The notes beneath the pieces were generated by a model. It was not told the origin of the DNA. It searched no databases and saw only the letters and a list, made by a program, of their open reading frames with translations. A stretch of 63,524 nucleotides of DNA, the filler included, from Diploschistes diacapsis (lineage: Eukaryota), in NCBI GenBank assembly GCA_023645945.1. It is 23 parts of 23 records of this genome, joined end to end, with 100 filler letters (N's around TTAATTAATTAA, not from the genome) between each part and the next. Parts side by side here need not be neighbours in the genome. Positions count along the whole stretch, not along the records: positions 19,063 to 38,023 come from JALAIB010000389.1; positions 38,124 to 39,240 come from JALAIB010003894.1; positions 39,341 to 40,457 come from JALAIB010003895.1; positions 40,558 to 41,673 come from JALAIB010003896.1; positions 41,774 to 42,889 come from JALAIB010003897.1; positions 42,990 to 44,105 come from JALAIB010003898.1; positions 44,206 to 45,321 come from JALAIB010003899.1; positions 45,422 to 46,537 come from JALAIB010003900.1; 15 more parts are not named here. One strand, given 5' to 3'. Made by a program: the position numbers and the translations under genes. Positions 35,982 to 49,239 of the stretch are shown one piece after another (position 1 is the first letter of the stretch; the number at the start of each line of letters is the position of its first letter).

Positions 35982-38023
35982 ATGGAGTCCCCTGTACCTC
36001 CGTCTTACGAAGAGGCCACGAGTCGTGACTACCTGACGCTTGTTGCGCCATATGTTGGAAGCTCTGACTTGTGTAATGCGTCTCTTGTCTCCAAAGCATG
36101 GCACCGGATCTTCGCACCATGTCTTTGGGGCAACCCAGCGTCGCATTTTGGTACGGAAGACGATCGAGTCTACAGTGAGCAACAATCTCTCTCACGAACT
36201 TCGTTGCGCTTATCATTCATTTTCTTCAAGTTGCTCTGACAAGCTTCAAACATAATTTGCCACGAGTCAGGCCGCATGTTCGTGGCCTGACGCACACTCT
36301 TCATTTGCCGCCAGCTCAATCGGAGTTGTACGGTGAACCGCACCCAGAATGGCTAAGAGGTGTACTTGAGAGGTTGCTAAATCTTCAATGTCTGGCTGTT
36401 TCGCAGATTCCATTCTTTGATCACTCTTCGTTGCTTGCTTTGAAATACCCAAGTACATATGGCGCATCTTCCAATCCTGATGATGTACCAACGTTTCCTT
36501 TGCGACTACTCATTGCTACTCAATGCCTCAATGCGACCTCTGCGGGCCTGAGCGAGGCTTTGCTTCGCTGGCCCAATCTTGTGTTTCTTGATCTCTCGGG
36601 AACGTATCCAGCCAGGGACGCGAATGTCTTGCATAGCCTGGGCCACATGACGGCACTGCAAGTGCTCAAAATAAGACAAATAGGCCTAAGGGATGTGGGC
36701 TGTGAGATTCTGGCGGATGCTGTCGGAACCAGAATCCGAAGCCTCGATGTTAGAGGAAATGGGCTTACGGACGAAAGTGTTCGGACGCTCCTCGCCAAAT
36801 GCTTCCATCAGACTAGGGACATCCATACAGCGCAAAGACGAGCATTCGAAGCCGCGGCGGAGAATGAAGATTGGCCGACAGGGCTTGCAAGGTCAGATCC
36901 AGTCGTGCTTGATCAGTTCCGAGGTGATGATCTGGACCAGAGGTTCACGAAACGGCTAAGTCAGGCTGCTGCTGGTCGCATACCTACCGAGGATCTCCCT
37001 GCTACCGGTATAACTCACCTCTACATCACCAACAATCTTATCACAATTGAAGGCGTAGCAAGCTTGGTGAAGACCAAGAATCTGCATGTGCTCGATGCCG
37101 GGGACATAGCGACTACCAAGGCTCTTGGCAGGGCCAGAACACTCTCTTCTCTATCTAGCCCTGTCGCGCCGCCGTTCTTAGGCCCGGGGGTTGAGAAACT
37201 CACCGGAGTGTTAGAAAAGTTTGGTGCTGTCAACTTAACGTCCTTGCGTCTCCATCATGCTGTACTTACGACACCAGCGAACACTCAAGAAGAGGATCTT
37301 GCTGAGCTTGATAGCAGATCGCCATCCAACCCCTCGCATGAGCATGAGCGAGAGATTGAATCGACTGGCGGGTCTTCGGCTAGACAAGAGCTACCAACCA
37401 ATAGGGACCATCAAGCCGATATTGATTCGGACGCGCCTGTCTACGAGCTTGCCAACACCGCTCCAACACCCCGCTATGAGCTTTCTGCGGAATCGACGCA
37501 AGATATTGTTTCTCCCGTGGCAGATGAACGCAGTTTCCCTAGTGACATGCCTCCACCACCACCGCTGGATTACTCAGGTTCCACCCCTGAGGCTGATTTG
37601 GAAGCGGACGACGGTCTAACACCAAGACCGACCAGCCTTAATAACTTTGTACAAGGTATCAATAGTATACCCCCCTCCCGAACGGCGAGCACAAACATCT
37701 CAAACCTGTCCGTAAAGGAACCCCTTACCTCCAACTCCGCCCCTTCCCTCCTCACCCGCCTCATCTCCCGCCGGAACTCCCTGCGCTACGCCGGGCGCGA
37801 CCCAAACCGTGGTCTCCTCCCCGGTCGTCTCCCTTCCCTTCGCACCCTCACTCTGACCGAAGTCCCCCCCGCTACAATTTCCAGAACCATCCTTCAAAAC
37901 CTGAAGTCTTTCATCTCCGACTGCGCGCTAGAACACTACCTCGCCGTGTCCCAAGCAGACGCCGAATCCTTCCACCCCACCTGCACCTCCAAATTCCCTC
38001 GCCGCCATCATCAACAACACCAC
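35982..38023 (+). CDS. F-box-like/leucine-rich-repeat protein, 3' truncated at gap
   Basis: PPSYEEAT, DLCNASLVSKAWHRIFAPCLWGNPASHFG, intron about 36175-36230, LRR units (LVFLDLSGT, LQVLKIRQIGL, IRSLDVRGNGL). Confidence 0.8.
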
Positions 38024-38123
38024 NNNNNNNNNNNNNNNNNNNNNNNNNNNNNNNNNNNNNNNNNNNNTTAATTAATTAANNNNNNNNNNNNNNNNNNNNN
38101 NNNNNNNNNNNNNNNNNNNNNNN

Positions 38124-38299
38124 TGTTAATATATTATTATGATTTTAGGACCTATAAATAGTCGTTGATATTAAATTCTATTAAAATCGAATTATTATTA
38201 TACGAGGTAATCATTATTAAAAAAGATCGAATATAAGATAAAAATAATGATTTAAAATGGCCGGAATCTGGAGGTGGCCGGAATCCCCGTGAAACACGT
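38124..38299 (-). mobile_element. Fot1/pogo-like DNA transposon end (TIR)
   Basis: GGCCGGAATCTGGAGGTGGCCGGAATCCCCGTGAAACACGT followed by TA; the same TIR ends at 48620 and 52853 and starts at 51290. Confidence 0.75.
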
Positions 38300-38738
38300 T
38301 ATTATTATAGCCATAAAAACTATATCGTAATAAAAAATAAATACTAAAATATTAAAAAATACTTAAAATACTTTAAAAATAGTTTAAAAACGTACTTTTA
38401 AACCTTTTATAATCTTTTTTATATCGTGCTTCTTTTTCGTTTATTATATTTCTTTCCGCTTTTCCTTCATCTCCGCGTCCGGTCGTAATAATAAATAATT
38501 ATAAAGCTCACCCGCAGCGCAGAGTTAAAACGCGTTAAAATCCGTTATAATTATTCGAAGAATATCCGCGACGATAAAAAAACGCGTTTTCCACGCCGGG
38601 AAATCCGCAGGGAAGCTATAAACCCTCTCCGTAATAAGTAGCGGCGGTAAAGATATCCGAGCCCGCGTAGGCTCGACGCGAGCGGCGAGGATAAACGAGT
38701 TAAAAAACGGATAGACGAGTTAAAAAACGGCGAGGCAG

Positions 38739-39195
38739 TGTTACGATCCAAGTACCAGACTTGGCACGTCCCAGCTTTATATATAGATCAGTCACGGGAC
38801 CAGGGGTCACGTGATGCGCTTATTACTCGCGTTTATTCTTATAAACGGCGAATAGGCTTTCGTTATTATTCGACGGTCGCGTTTATTCTTATAAGCGGCG
38901 AATCTCGAGAATATCGTTCGTTAAGCTTGCGATAAACGGCGAGCGAGTTGATTATATATAAACACGATTTTACTTTCGTGAAAAAAAACGTGTTTATTTT
39001 TATAAATATCTTAAATTATTATTCGGGATTAATTTATATTCGTTATTTTTATTATTTTAAAGAGTTTTTTTTCCAAAGACAGTTTAAGATCTATAATTAA
39101 TCTATCTTCTTTTCCTACCACACTCCTCTTCTAACAGAAATCAAACCCACCTTAATCCTACTCGTGTATACCTTGTATAGATAGAGATCATAACA
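38739..39195 (+). mobile_element. LTR family A, complete (457 bp)
   Basis: TGTTACGATC...GATCATAACA inverted termini; homologous to 18533, 43653, 47133 and 59617. Confidence 0.85.
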
Positions 39196-39340
39196 TTTCG
39201 CCTATTTCGCCCGCTTTCGCTAAAACGTTTGGCGAAACATNNNNNNNNNNNNNNNNNNNNNNNNNNNNNNNNNNNNNNNNNNNNTTAATTAATTAANNNN
39301 NNNNNNNNNNNNNNNNNNNNNNNNNNNNNNNNNNNNNNNN

Positions 39341-39576
39341 GAATTTACTGACGCGGACATCGTAATAAAAATTTTTCGGCACGGACACTGACACGGACAT
39401 TATATTATAATAAAAGCACGGACACGGATACTGTAATTAAAAATTTTAAAACATTAATATTAATACGGATATTACATTTCCGTGAATCCACGGACACGGA
39501 CACCGCAGCTAAAAAATCTAAAACACGGATACTGACACTGTCAGTATCCGTGTCAGTGTCAGTGACGGCCAGCCTA
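39341..39576 (+). mobile_element. hAT-like MITE, right end
   Basis: ACACGG(ACAC) repeat array ending GTGACGGCCAGCCTA. Confidence 0.75.
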
Positions 39577-40457
39577 GGTTCTATATTAAAAAAATAAGAA
39601 CTTTTTTAATTTCATATGGGATTACTTCAAACTATTCCTATTAAATAGAATCAAGAACCTTATCAATCGCTCGCTATCAGTATATTAAAACTGGAACTCA
39701 ACAAAACAGGATTTTTATTAATTAGTTCAGAATTTCGAAGCGTACTATACCATACTAGAAGAACAATTAGATAACAAGCTACCGGACATAATGAGGATAT
39801 TAATATTTATAACCAAATTCGTCCAGAATTCTAGTATGAATTTATAAAGGCTTTTTATGATCCTAACAACTTCGACGTATTAATATTACTTGCGATCCGC
39901 TTGGAGAATGTAGGAGGAGGAGCGAAACAATCTTTAACTCGTTATAAAAATGACCTTTTTAGTAGAAATCGAGGGAATACGCGACGTTTAAGATTAAGAA
40001 GACTTTCTTATCGTTTACGAAAAAGAGGTTATCGCGATCGAAATATAAGTTCCGAACAAGGTTTTAGCACGTATAATAATCTCGTAGATATATTTTATTA
40101 TACGTGTTACGAGAAGGGGTATTACGCGAATGATTATTTTTAAAATAATAATTTAAATATTACGCTAGTTATTAACGTAAGAATAATAAGAGATTTAAAA
40201 AATTATCGAAGTCGATATTAAGGTCCGAAAAAGTCGATTCGATCTCGTTAAAAATAGGATTTATCGTTGAAATAATAAGATTACTCGATGGTTATAAGCC
40301 TATAATTATTAAGTTTGACCTCGATACGGGGGTATAATATAATTTTATTAGTAAAAAGTTCGCAGTCGAAAATTAATTGATTCGCTTATTTAACGTAGAA
40401 TTATCGATTCTAAAATGGGTTAATGATTTAAAAGTATATTGTTACGGAGTATATTAA
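39577..40457 (+). mobile_element. RIP-degraded Ty3/gypsy gag-protease fragment
   Basis: Zinc-knuckle relic (YTCYEKGYYAND, about 40100) and aspartic protease LDTG...NFIS (about 40320). Confidence 0.7.
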
Positions 40458-40557
40458 NNNNNNNNNNNNNNNNNNNNNNNNNNNNNNNNNNNNNNNNNNN
40501 NTTAATTAATTAANNNNNNNNNNNNNNNNNNNNNNNNNNNNNNNNNNNNNNNNNNNN

Positions 40558-41084
40558 TAATATCAGCGACCCCTAAAAACCATCATTTAAACAATATAAA
40601 AAGGATATATCGTGATTTTAGATCTGAGATCTCATTAAAGATAGATAATTAGCCAGATATTATACCTTCGGAAGATAACGAGTAATCAGGAACATCTACT
40701 TAAGAAGAGTTATTATTATCGAATAGACCGCCTATAAATACAAGATCAAGGTTACATTTAGTACGTACGACTTAGAATATTTTAAAACCGACGACGAGTA
40801 TAAATATTCCTTTTAATTGGTATCTCCTTTTTAAGCTAGGTATAACGGGAACTCCTTTCTTTATTAATAAAGATATATCCAAGTTTATTACTTAATGTGA
40901 AGAATTTTAAAAAGAATATCTTATAACGATAGAAGAGTTCTTTATCCGCTTGCCTAATTATAGCGAAAATTTTTTAATATATTAATTAAAGCTTCTTTTA
41001 AATTTATTAAACGTGACTAGACTATTTAAAAAAAAGCCTTATTTCGCGATAATGCTTATCTTAATATTCGATAGTAAATAAATA
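40558..41084 (+). mobile_element. RIP-degraded gypsy-type gag 5' region
   Basis: GITGTPFF...DISKF relic; reverse-complement homolog at 46638-47132. Confidence 0.5.
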
Positions 41085-41673
41085 ACGTGTTTCACGGTCA
41101 TCTGGGTCACCCCCCATCTGGGCCACTTCCAATCACTACCGCCAACATTCTACGGTTTTTAGATATAACCAGTTCGTCGTAATCAGAATTTAATTGATCC
41201 GAATCGAATTTATCTTTTTCTTTTTTATCCTCTTCGATTTTAGAAACGCGACGACGTTTTTTACGCGTTATAAGCCGTTTCGAAATTATTCGACTCGATT
41301 TAACCCGAGTTATTATTTTAAAAATTTCGTTTATATTAAATATAAACCTATTTTTTAATTCGATTCGTTTATTTACTTTACGTTTTTTACGATTATTAAG
41401 AAACGTTTTTTATTCTCGGTTTTCTTCACAAAACGTTATAAATTTAATATACGTCTATTTAAATATACGGGTTATTCAATTCGAATAACGTTGAATCGGA
41501 TTGATTAATTCTAAAACGACTCGTAACGTTTAATTAAATTCTTTATTAATCTTTCGTAATTCAATAATATTTAATAAAGAATTATATAATAAAAATAAAT
41601 CCAAATCGAATCGATTCGAGATTAAAAAAGGGCTAAAAAATGGATGTAAAAGGGTCCAATAAATTAAAAAAAG
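41085..41673 (-). mobile_element. Fot1/pogo-like transposon 3' end with TIR
   Basis: TA|ACGTGTTTCACGGTCATCTGGGTCACCCCCCATCTGGGCCAC TIR variant; minus strand gives basic TRKKRRRVSK; internal part shared with 47569-47753. Confidence 0.65.
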
Positions 41674-42165
41674 NNNNNNNNNNNNNNNNNNNNNNNNNNN
41701 NNNNNNNNNNNNNNNNNTTAATTAATTAANNNNNNNNNNNNNNNNNNNNNNNNNNNNNNNNNNNNNNNNNNNNTATATATTACTTATTATATATAATTTT
41801 ACGTCCAGATTATAATAAATGGCTGATTTTTTACTTATATTATTATAAAGATCAAGAGTTTAGGGACCAGATCTACTTCCGATAAATAAATTATAATATC
41901 CGACGGCTAATAAATGAAGGGTAAGGGATCAACATAATCTAAAAACCAGTCTCCGTTAACGACGAGCAGGAAGATGACTATGCATAACTTTTATTTGGCA
42001 TGCATCGTAAAATGGGAAAATAATGAAAAGTATTATAACACCGATAAAGAATTAGAAAATAATTTTAAAAAACAGTTCTATCCATATAATTAATAATAAG
42101 ATATAGACGACATAGGATGAAGAAGATACGAGGATGGTATTTATATCTCAATTATATAGCAAAGG

Positions 42166-42420
42166 TAGGCTGGCCGTTGCGTGCCACGGTCACTGACACG
42201 GACACTACCGCGAAAATTTTCTCGACACGGACACTTCCACGGACATTATATTATAATAAAAACACAAACACGGACACTACGATTAAAAGTTTTAAAACAC
42301 GGACACTTCCACGGATACTATACTATAATAAAAGCACGGACACGGACATTACGGCTAAAAATGTTAAAACACGGATACTTTCACGAATATTATATTATAA
42401 TAAATTTATCGAAATATTCT
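42166..42420 (+). mobile_element. hAT-like element, left end
   Basis: TAGGCTGGCCGTTGCGTGCCACGG terminus followed by ACACGG repeats. Confidence 0.7.
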
Positions 42421-42661
42421 TTCGCTTAAGAATTCCGTAAACTATTATAATAAGAAAGAAGCTTACCCGCAAACGTCGTAGTTATAATACGGAATAAAAT
42501 AGCTTTTCCGAAAATAAGAATAATTCGATTAAATCTGAACCAGAATTTAAATCTTAATTAAAATATAATAATAAAATTAATAATACCGTAATAAATGTTA
42601 TTATTAAGAATAAAATTATTTCTATTAAATGGATTAATGATACTAACGTTTTATTATATAT

Positions 42662-42889
42662 TGTTGAGCAGATAGGTAGAAGGTATGGCTGGGAGTTCAA
42701 CTAAGTTCCAGAAGGAGGTTCAGTTTAGTTGAACTCCGAGGTTCAGTTCAGTTAAACTTCCTGGAATTCCAACTAGACCGATTAAGGAATAGTATAAGTA
42801 ATAAGATTTAGCGTATCCCACGAAGATCAAAGTCTATAAAATAGGATAATTTCCCAAAAAATCTTTAAACTTTAATATATCTATTACGT
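42662..42889 (+). mobile_element. Ty1/copia-associated LTR
   Basis: TGTTGAGCAG start and GTTCAGTT repeats; homologous to 44595-44832 and 51928-52142. Confidence 0.75.
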
Positions 42890-42989
42890 NNNNNNNNNNN
42901 NNNNNNNNNNNNNNNNNNNNNNNNNNNNNNNNNTTAATTAATTAANNNNNNNNNNNNNNNNNNNNNNNNNNNNNNNNNNNNNNNNNNNN

Positions 42990-43652
42990 ATATAATATAT
43001 ATGCCTGGACTGAAAGTAAACTTTATATCGAGGTAAAAGTTATATAAGATAGAATTACGGGAGAGTTTTAATCAAAAAAGCTTATATTTATACGACGAGG
43101 ACGATCGGATCATTCTTATATATAAAAAAAAAATAGAATGTATTACTCGAGCAAAATTATAAAAGAAGAATATACGTATAGGGTAATTACGTACTTAATA
43201 GCTAAATTTAAATCAGTTGAACTGAACTCAGTTTAACCTAATTCTGAACTGAATCTAAAAGTACAGTCTAATAAAAACAGTTATTAACTATAGCACGCAC
43301 GTATAACCCATATAAGACCCAAGAAGCTCCAGAATTTATATAAAGTTACGATTCTCGTTAATCCTATGCGCATCGTACTTCATACGTGTGAAATATGCTA
43401 ATTAATTAAAACTAAATAATAGAATGGCCGTACGTTAATCAAACATAAGCAAAATATCTTAAATTTAATGAATATCGATATTTATAAATCTTTCTTAACA
43501 TCACTTAATAATAATCAATACCTTATGAAGATTATCGATAATTATTCGCGAAGAACCTAGTTATTCTCTATAAAACTTAAAAAAATACTATTCGTATTTT
43601 ATAACTCTAAAAAGTAAATAGAAAGCTTTAAAGCGGTAAACAACTAAAAACG
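42990..43652 (+). mobile_element. RIP-degraded Ty1/copia pre-integrase/integrase fragment
   Basis: Relics of PGLKVN, HAR..H, CEIC and IIDNYSRRT. Confidence 0.75.
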
Positions 43653-44105
43653 TGTTACGATCCAAGGTACTGTTCGGCAGTACTTGGCACGCAACAGCTA
43701 GTCGGGCACTTCCCAGCCATTCTTTATATATAGTCCAATCAGGGTAACACGGGTCACGTGATGAATAAAAGGTCTTAAAGATCATTCTACCTAGTCGTGG
43801 GTAGAAAGGGAGAACGATAGTTCTATTTATTTATTTATTTATTTTATTAAAAGAGCTGTTAGTTATATAAGAACGTCGTTATGGCCTTTATAAGTTTAGG
43901 ACGTGTTCATTTTCATAGATATCTTGAGTTATTGCTCGGGATTAATCTATATTCGTTATCTTTATCATTTTAGAGCCTTCTTTCTAGAAATAGTCCAAGA
44001 TCTGTAACTATTCTATCTTCTTTTTCTACTATATTCCTTTTTTAATAGAGACTAAATCCATTTTAATCCTACTCGTGTATACTTTATATAAATAGAGATT
44101 ATAAT
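43653..44105 (+). mobile_element. LTR family A variant inserted in copia integrase
   Basis: TGTTACGATCCAAGG start, GGGTCACGTGA box, 3' half matches 38739-39195. Confidence 0.75.
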
Positions 44106-44205
44106 NNNNNNNNNNNNNNNNNNNNNNNNNNNNNNNNNNNNNNNNNNNNTTAATTAATTAANNNNNNNNNNNNNNNNNNNNNNNNNNNNNNNNNNNNNNN
44201 NNNNN

Positions 44206-44832
44206 GACAGTATATTAACTTATCTCACGCCGCTAAATAAGTTCTATAATACTTATAATTTTTAAAAGATATTAATTATTTTAAACTTATAGGACTATCT
44301 TCATATACTGTCAGTCTATTTAATAATAATATTGGTTCCTTAGATCTAATAAAACACGCAAGGATTAACGACCGTTCAAAACACGTCGACATTACTTACT
44401 ATCACATACGAGATCTTATTAGACAGGGACGTGTTAAAGTATCTTATATTTTTATCGATAAAATAATTATTAATAAATTTACGAAATTATTAAATTACTC
44501 GAAACACGACGTTTTTATTAAAGAACTCGATCTAATTTAAAAGATATTTAATTAAATTATATAGATATGCCAAACGATTTCATTTATAAAGAAATATTAA
44601 GTAAAGAAATAGAAGGTATGGTTGGAAGTTCGACTGGGTTTTAGGAAAAAGTTCAGTTTAATTGAATTCTGAGGTTCAGTTTAGGTGAATTTCCTGGAAT
44701 TTTAATTAAACCGATTAAGGAATAGTATAAGTAATAGGGCTTAACGTATCCCGCGAGGATAAAAATCTGTAAAGTAGGATAACCTCCTTGACAAGACCTC
44801 TAGACTTCAATATATCCGTTACGTTGCCGAAC
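44206..44832 (+). mobile_element. Ty1/copia RNase H end plus 3' LTR (44595-44832)
   Basis: RSKHVDITYYHIRDLIRQGRVKV; LTR ends TTGCCGAACA. Confidence 0.85.
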
Positions 44833-45129
44833 AAATTTGAATAATTTTAGTAAACGACGGCTAGTTTTCGTTTAGTCTAAAATGACTGAAAAATGATGAA
44901 AAACGTTACACAACCGCTGTATAATGTCGAAAAAACGTTTTTTTATTTTTATTGAAGTCTACGCATGAAACCGCTTATAATGATATATTTATAAAAACAT
45001 ATTTTTTGCTACGTTATAACCGAATTTAATAGATAAAATAATACGTATTTTCGAGTCGTTATTTTTAATTCGCTTTAAAAAAAATAACTGCTGATATTGG
45101 AACATCCTGAACGTTTGTGGGTTCAAGGG

Positions 45130-45321
45130 TTGAACCCCGTAGGGCTGGTAGGGCTGGCACCCAGACTACTTATTTGTGCCCTCCTCCCACTTAGATAGTT
45201 TCGTCCTTACCTTTTCGAATCTGAACCATTCAGCCTACAGATGCCCAGTTACACGTAATCCTTCCGGATCAGGCTCAGCCCCCGGTAGTGTAGCACCTAT
45301 TCCTGTAGGGGCGTTCTAGAT
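45130..45321 (+). mobile_element. Gypsy-type LTR family E, 3' part
   Basis: Shares TAATCCTTCCGGATCAGGC(T/C)CAGCCCCCGGTAG with 55690 and 58131. Confidence 0.6.
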
Positions 45322-45421
45322 NNNNNNNNNNNNNNNNNNNNNNNNNNNNNNNNNNNNNNNNNNNNTTAATTAATTAANNNNNNNNNNNNNNNNNNNNNNN
45401 NNNNNNNNNNNNNNNNNNNNN

Positions 45422-46044
45422 TTCCGTAAATCCACGGACACGGATATTATAATTAAAATTTTTAAAATATTAATATTAATACGGACATTATATTTCCGTA
45501 AATTCACGAACACGAACACCGCAACTAAAAAATTTAAAACACGGATATTAACACGGACATTGTACCGCAGTAAAAGCACGAATACGGACACCGTAATTAA
45601 AAATTTTAAAACGTTAATATTAATACGGATATTATATTTCCGTGTATTTACGAACACGGACACCGCAATTAAAAAATTTAAAATATTAATATTAACACGA
45701 ACATTATAATTATAATAAATTCACCGAAACACCGCAGTGTAATTTTTTTTAAAAAAATAAAAGCGTAAGAAATAAACGTGATAATTCTAGAATTATTAAG
45801 AAAAAAAATTTTCAAAAGTAGGCTGGCAATTTCGTACCACGGTCACTAATACGGATACCGCAATAAAAAATTTCTCGACACGGATATTAACACGGATATT
45901 ATATTATAATAAAAACACGGATACGGACACCGCAGTTAAAAATTTTAAAATATTAATATTAATACGGACACCGCAGCTAAAAAATCTAAAACACTGACAC
46001 TAACACTGTCAGTGTCCGTGTCAGTGTCAGTGACGGCCAGCCTA
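45422..46044 (+). mobile_element. hAT-like MITE (internal duplicated left end at 45819, right TIR ending 46044)
   Basis: Same architecture as 62628-63241; ends GTGACGGCCAGCCTA. Confidence 0.8.
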
Positions 46045-47132
46045 ATCTAGACCTACGGCAGATCATAGTATTTTGAGAGTTTCTATTTCCGTTCCCAATA
46101 ATCAACCCGAACTAGATAAAGATGGCCGACGGTTAATAAAAAGATTCTTACGGGTCGAGATTCTTAATAAAAGAATAACACGTGAATCTAAACCTAAACC
46201 TGAACCTGAACTTATTAAACCGAATATATTATCAAAACCTTTTACGTCAACAACGAGTATTAAACACGTTATTAATAATCCAATTACGCATATAACATTT
46301 ATCAACGCTATACCAACAACGTCCAGTATACAGGATTCTTAAACAATAAATAACACGAGCGACGTTTCAATAACTATAAATGTTCAGGGCACTAAAAAGC
46401 TATATAACACGAATACCGCTATTAATAAACGATAGCGAGATATCGAGCAATTCTCATTAATTAAAACATTAAAAAATTATATAACGCTTATAACCAATAA
46501 ATAAGAAATAACGAACGACGTTATTTCAATATCGACGNNNNNNNNNNNNNNNNNNNNNNNNNNNNNNNNNNNNNNNNNNNNTTAATTAATTAANNNNNNN
46601 NNNNNNNNNNNNNNNNNNNNNNNNNNNNNNNNNNNNNCCATTGCGATATCTCGTAACTAATTTTACCAAATAGGTTTTAATATTCATCTATTATCGAATA
46701 TTAAAATGAACGTAATCCCGAAACAGAACCTTTTTTAAAATAATTTAGTCGCGCTTAATAAATTTAGGAAACGCTTTAATTAATATATCAACAAACTCTT
46801 CATTATAATTAAGCAAACGGACAAAAAAATCCTTTACCGTTATAAGATACTTCCGACAGAATCCTTCCTATTAAATAACAAACTTTGACATATCCTTACC
46901 AGTAAAGAAAGGAGCTCCCGTAATATTTAGCTCAGGAGCTGAATATTAGTAAAAAGAAATACCCATACTCGTCGTCGGTGTTAAAACATTCTAGATCGCA
47001 TATACTAAAAATAATTCTAACCTTACATCCGTAAACGGTCCATTCGATAATAACAATTTTTCTTAAATAGACGTTCTTGATTGCTCGCTTCCTTCCGAAA
47101 GCATAATATCCGATTAATTACCTATTTCTAAT

Positions 47133-47568
47133 TGTTACGATCCAAGTACCAGACTTGGCACGTCCCAGCTTTCTGTATATAGCCAACCACGGTGACAGGG
47201 GTCACGTGACTGATAGATACCCGTTAACAGATGTTTGTCAAGAACAGATCTGCTCGGACAATTGTTTGTTAATAATAACGTTATTACGACAGCTTGTTGT
47301 CGGTAGCTAGTTATTAGTTTAAATTATATAAAAACGCCGCCGTGGTCTTTATAAATTTAGGACGTGTTTATTTTTATAGATATCCTTAGTTATTATTTAG
47401 GATCAATTTATATTCGTTATTTTTATCATTTAGAGCCTTCTTCTAAAGATAGTTAGAGATTTATAACTGCTCTACCTTCTTCTCTTGCTTGCACTCCTCT
47501 TCTAAACGAGACCAAACCCACCTTGATCTATACCTTGTGTCTATCTTGTAGAGATAGAGATCATAACA
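47133..47568 (+). mobile_element. LTR family A, complete (436 bp)
   Basis: TGTTACGATC...GATCATAACA. Confidence 0.85.
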
Positions 47569-47853
47569 TTTAAATCGGTTTGAAATTATTTGACTCGATT
47601 TAATCCGAATTACTATTTTAAGAATTTCGTTTATATTAAATATAAAACGATTTTTTAATTCGATTCGTTTATTTAAATTACGTTTTTTACGACTATTAAG
47701 AAACGTTTTTTATTCTCGGTTTTCTTTACGAAACGTTATGAACTCAATATACGNNNNNNNNNNNNNNNNNNNNNNNNNNNNNNNNNNNNNNNNNNNNTTA
47801 ATTAATTAANNNNNNNNNNNNNNNNNNNNNNNNNNNNNNNNNNNNNNNNNNNN

Positions 47854-48384
47854 GAACTTATAGGACTATCTTTATTTATTATTAAACTATTAAGAAACAA
47901 TATAGGTTCTTTAGATCTAATAAAGCACGCGAGAATCAACGATAGATTAAAATATATCGATAGTATTTATTATTATATACGGGATTTAGTTAAACGAGAC
48001 CGTATTAATATTATTTATATACTTATAAACAAGATAATTGCCGACGGATTAACGAAACCATTAAATTACGTTAAACACGACATGTTCGTCAAAGAACTTG
48101 GACTAGTATAAAAGGCATTCAGCTAGATTAGATAAACATACCGATGGTTCCGCCCGTGAGGGAGTATTAAGCAGGCAGATAGAATGCATGGCTGGGAAGT
48201 TTAGCTGAACCTCAGGTTTAGGTTCAGTTCAGCTGAATCTATTAAGGTTCTTATTAATCCTAATCGGGAATAGTGTAAATTTATAAGGCTTAGTGGTTCC
48301 TATTGATATAAAAGCTTGCATATAGATTATTCCTTCTAGTGAGATCTCTAGATATCTAGACTTCAATACATGCGTTGCCCAAAA
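47854..48384 (+). mobile_element. Ty1/copia RNase H end, PPT and 3' LTR (48165-48384)
   Basis: IADGLTKPL relic; GAGGGAG PPT; homologous to 61202-61725 and 53137-53827. Confidence 0.85.
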
Positions 48385-48620
48385 ATTATCTCGATTTATA
48401 ATGGTCGATCGAGATACTTTAAATGCGCAGGTAGCGTCTCGAATGTTAATATATTGTTATGATTTTATGGCCTACGAATAGTCGTTAATATTAGATTTTA
48501 TTAAAATCGAATTATTACCCGAGCGAGGTAGTCATTATTGAGAAAGATCGAATGTAAGATGAAAATAGTGATTTAAGGTGGCCGGAATCTGGGGGTGGCC
48601 GGAATCCCCGTGAAACACGC
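48385..48620 (-). mobile_element. Fot1/pogo-like element end
   Basis: Matches 38124-38299; TIR ends GAAACACGC|TA. Confidence 0.75.
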
Positions 48621-48969
48621 TACAATTTCTCCGCGGTTAAGCTCCGTGAGCTTCGCGATTATTTAGACGAGGTTCTATTACGTGGATGGATTCGATCATT
48701 TAACAGCCCCGTAAGGGTTCCGATTTTATTTATACTGAAAAAAGATGACACCTTACGTTTATGCGTCGATTATAAAGAATTGAATAAAATAACGAGAAAA
48801 CCCGTTATTTATTATTTTTAATTAACGAGACGTTAGATCGTCTTATAAGCGCAAAATTATTTTAAAAATAGATCTAAAAAATACGTATTATCGTATCCGT
48901 ATTCGCGAAAACGATAAATAAAAAGATTATTTTTTGTATTAAATACGGCCATTTTAAATATCAGATGAT
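48621..48969 (+). mobile_element. Ty3/gypsy reverse transcriptase fragment
   Basis: LRELRDYLDEVLLRGWIRSFNSPVRVPILFILKKDDTLRLCVDYKELNKITRK, then KIDLKNTYYRIRIRE. Confidence 0.9.
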
Positions 48970-49069
48970 NNNNNNNNNNNNNNNNNNNNNNNNNNNNNNN
49001 NNNNNNNNNNNNNTTAATTAATTAANNNNNNNNNNNNNNNNNNNNNNNNNNNNNNNNNNNNNNNNNNNN

Positions 49070-49182
49070 TAATTTTATGTGTGGTTATGGAGCTCAAAAG
49101 CTCGCTTAAAACTATCTAGCGTAATTACATTATAATGTAGTGTTCCGCTTCGTGGGGTGTTCCGTTTCCTGGGGAAAGACGT
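49070..49182 (-). mobile_element. Second Fot1/pogo-like TIR family
   Basis: TGTTCCGCTTCGTGGGGTGTTCCGTTTCCTGGGGAAAGACGT|TA: ACGT terminus with internal direct repeat. Confidence 0.55.
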
Positions 49183-49239
49183 TATTCGAAACATATTAGA
49201 AGCTTAATAAACAATCTGATTAACCTATTTAGGTTAATA

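Noticed and set aside
42117..42440. ORFs 42117-42440, 42181-42429, 51080-51394, 58826-59077 and 62491-62811 as genes
   Set aside because: They are translations of the MITE repeat arrays.
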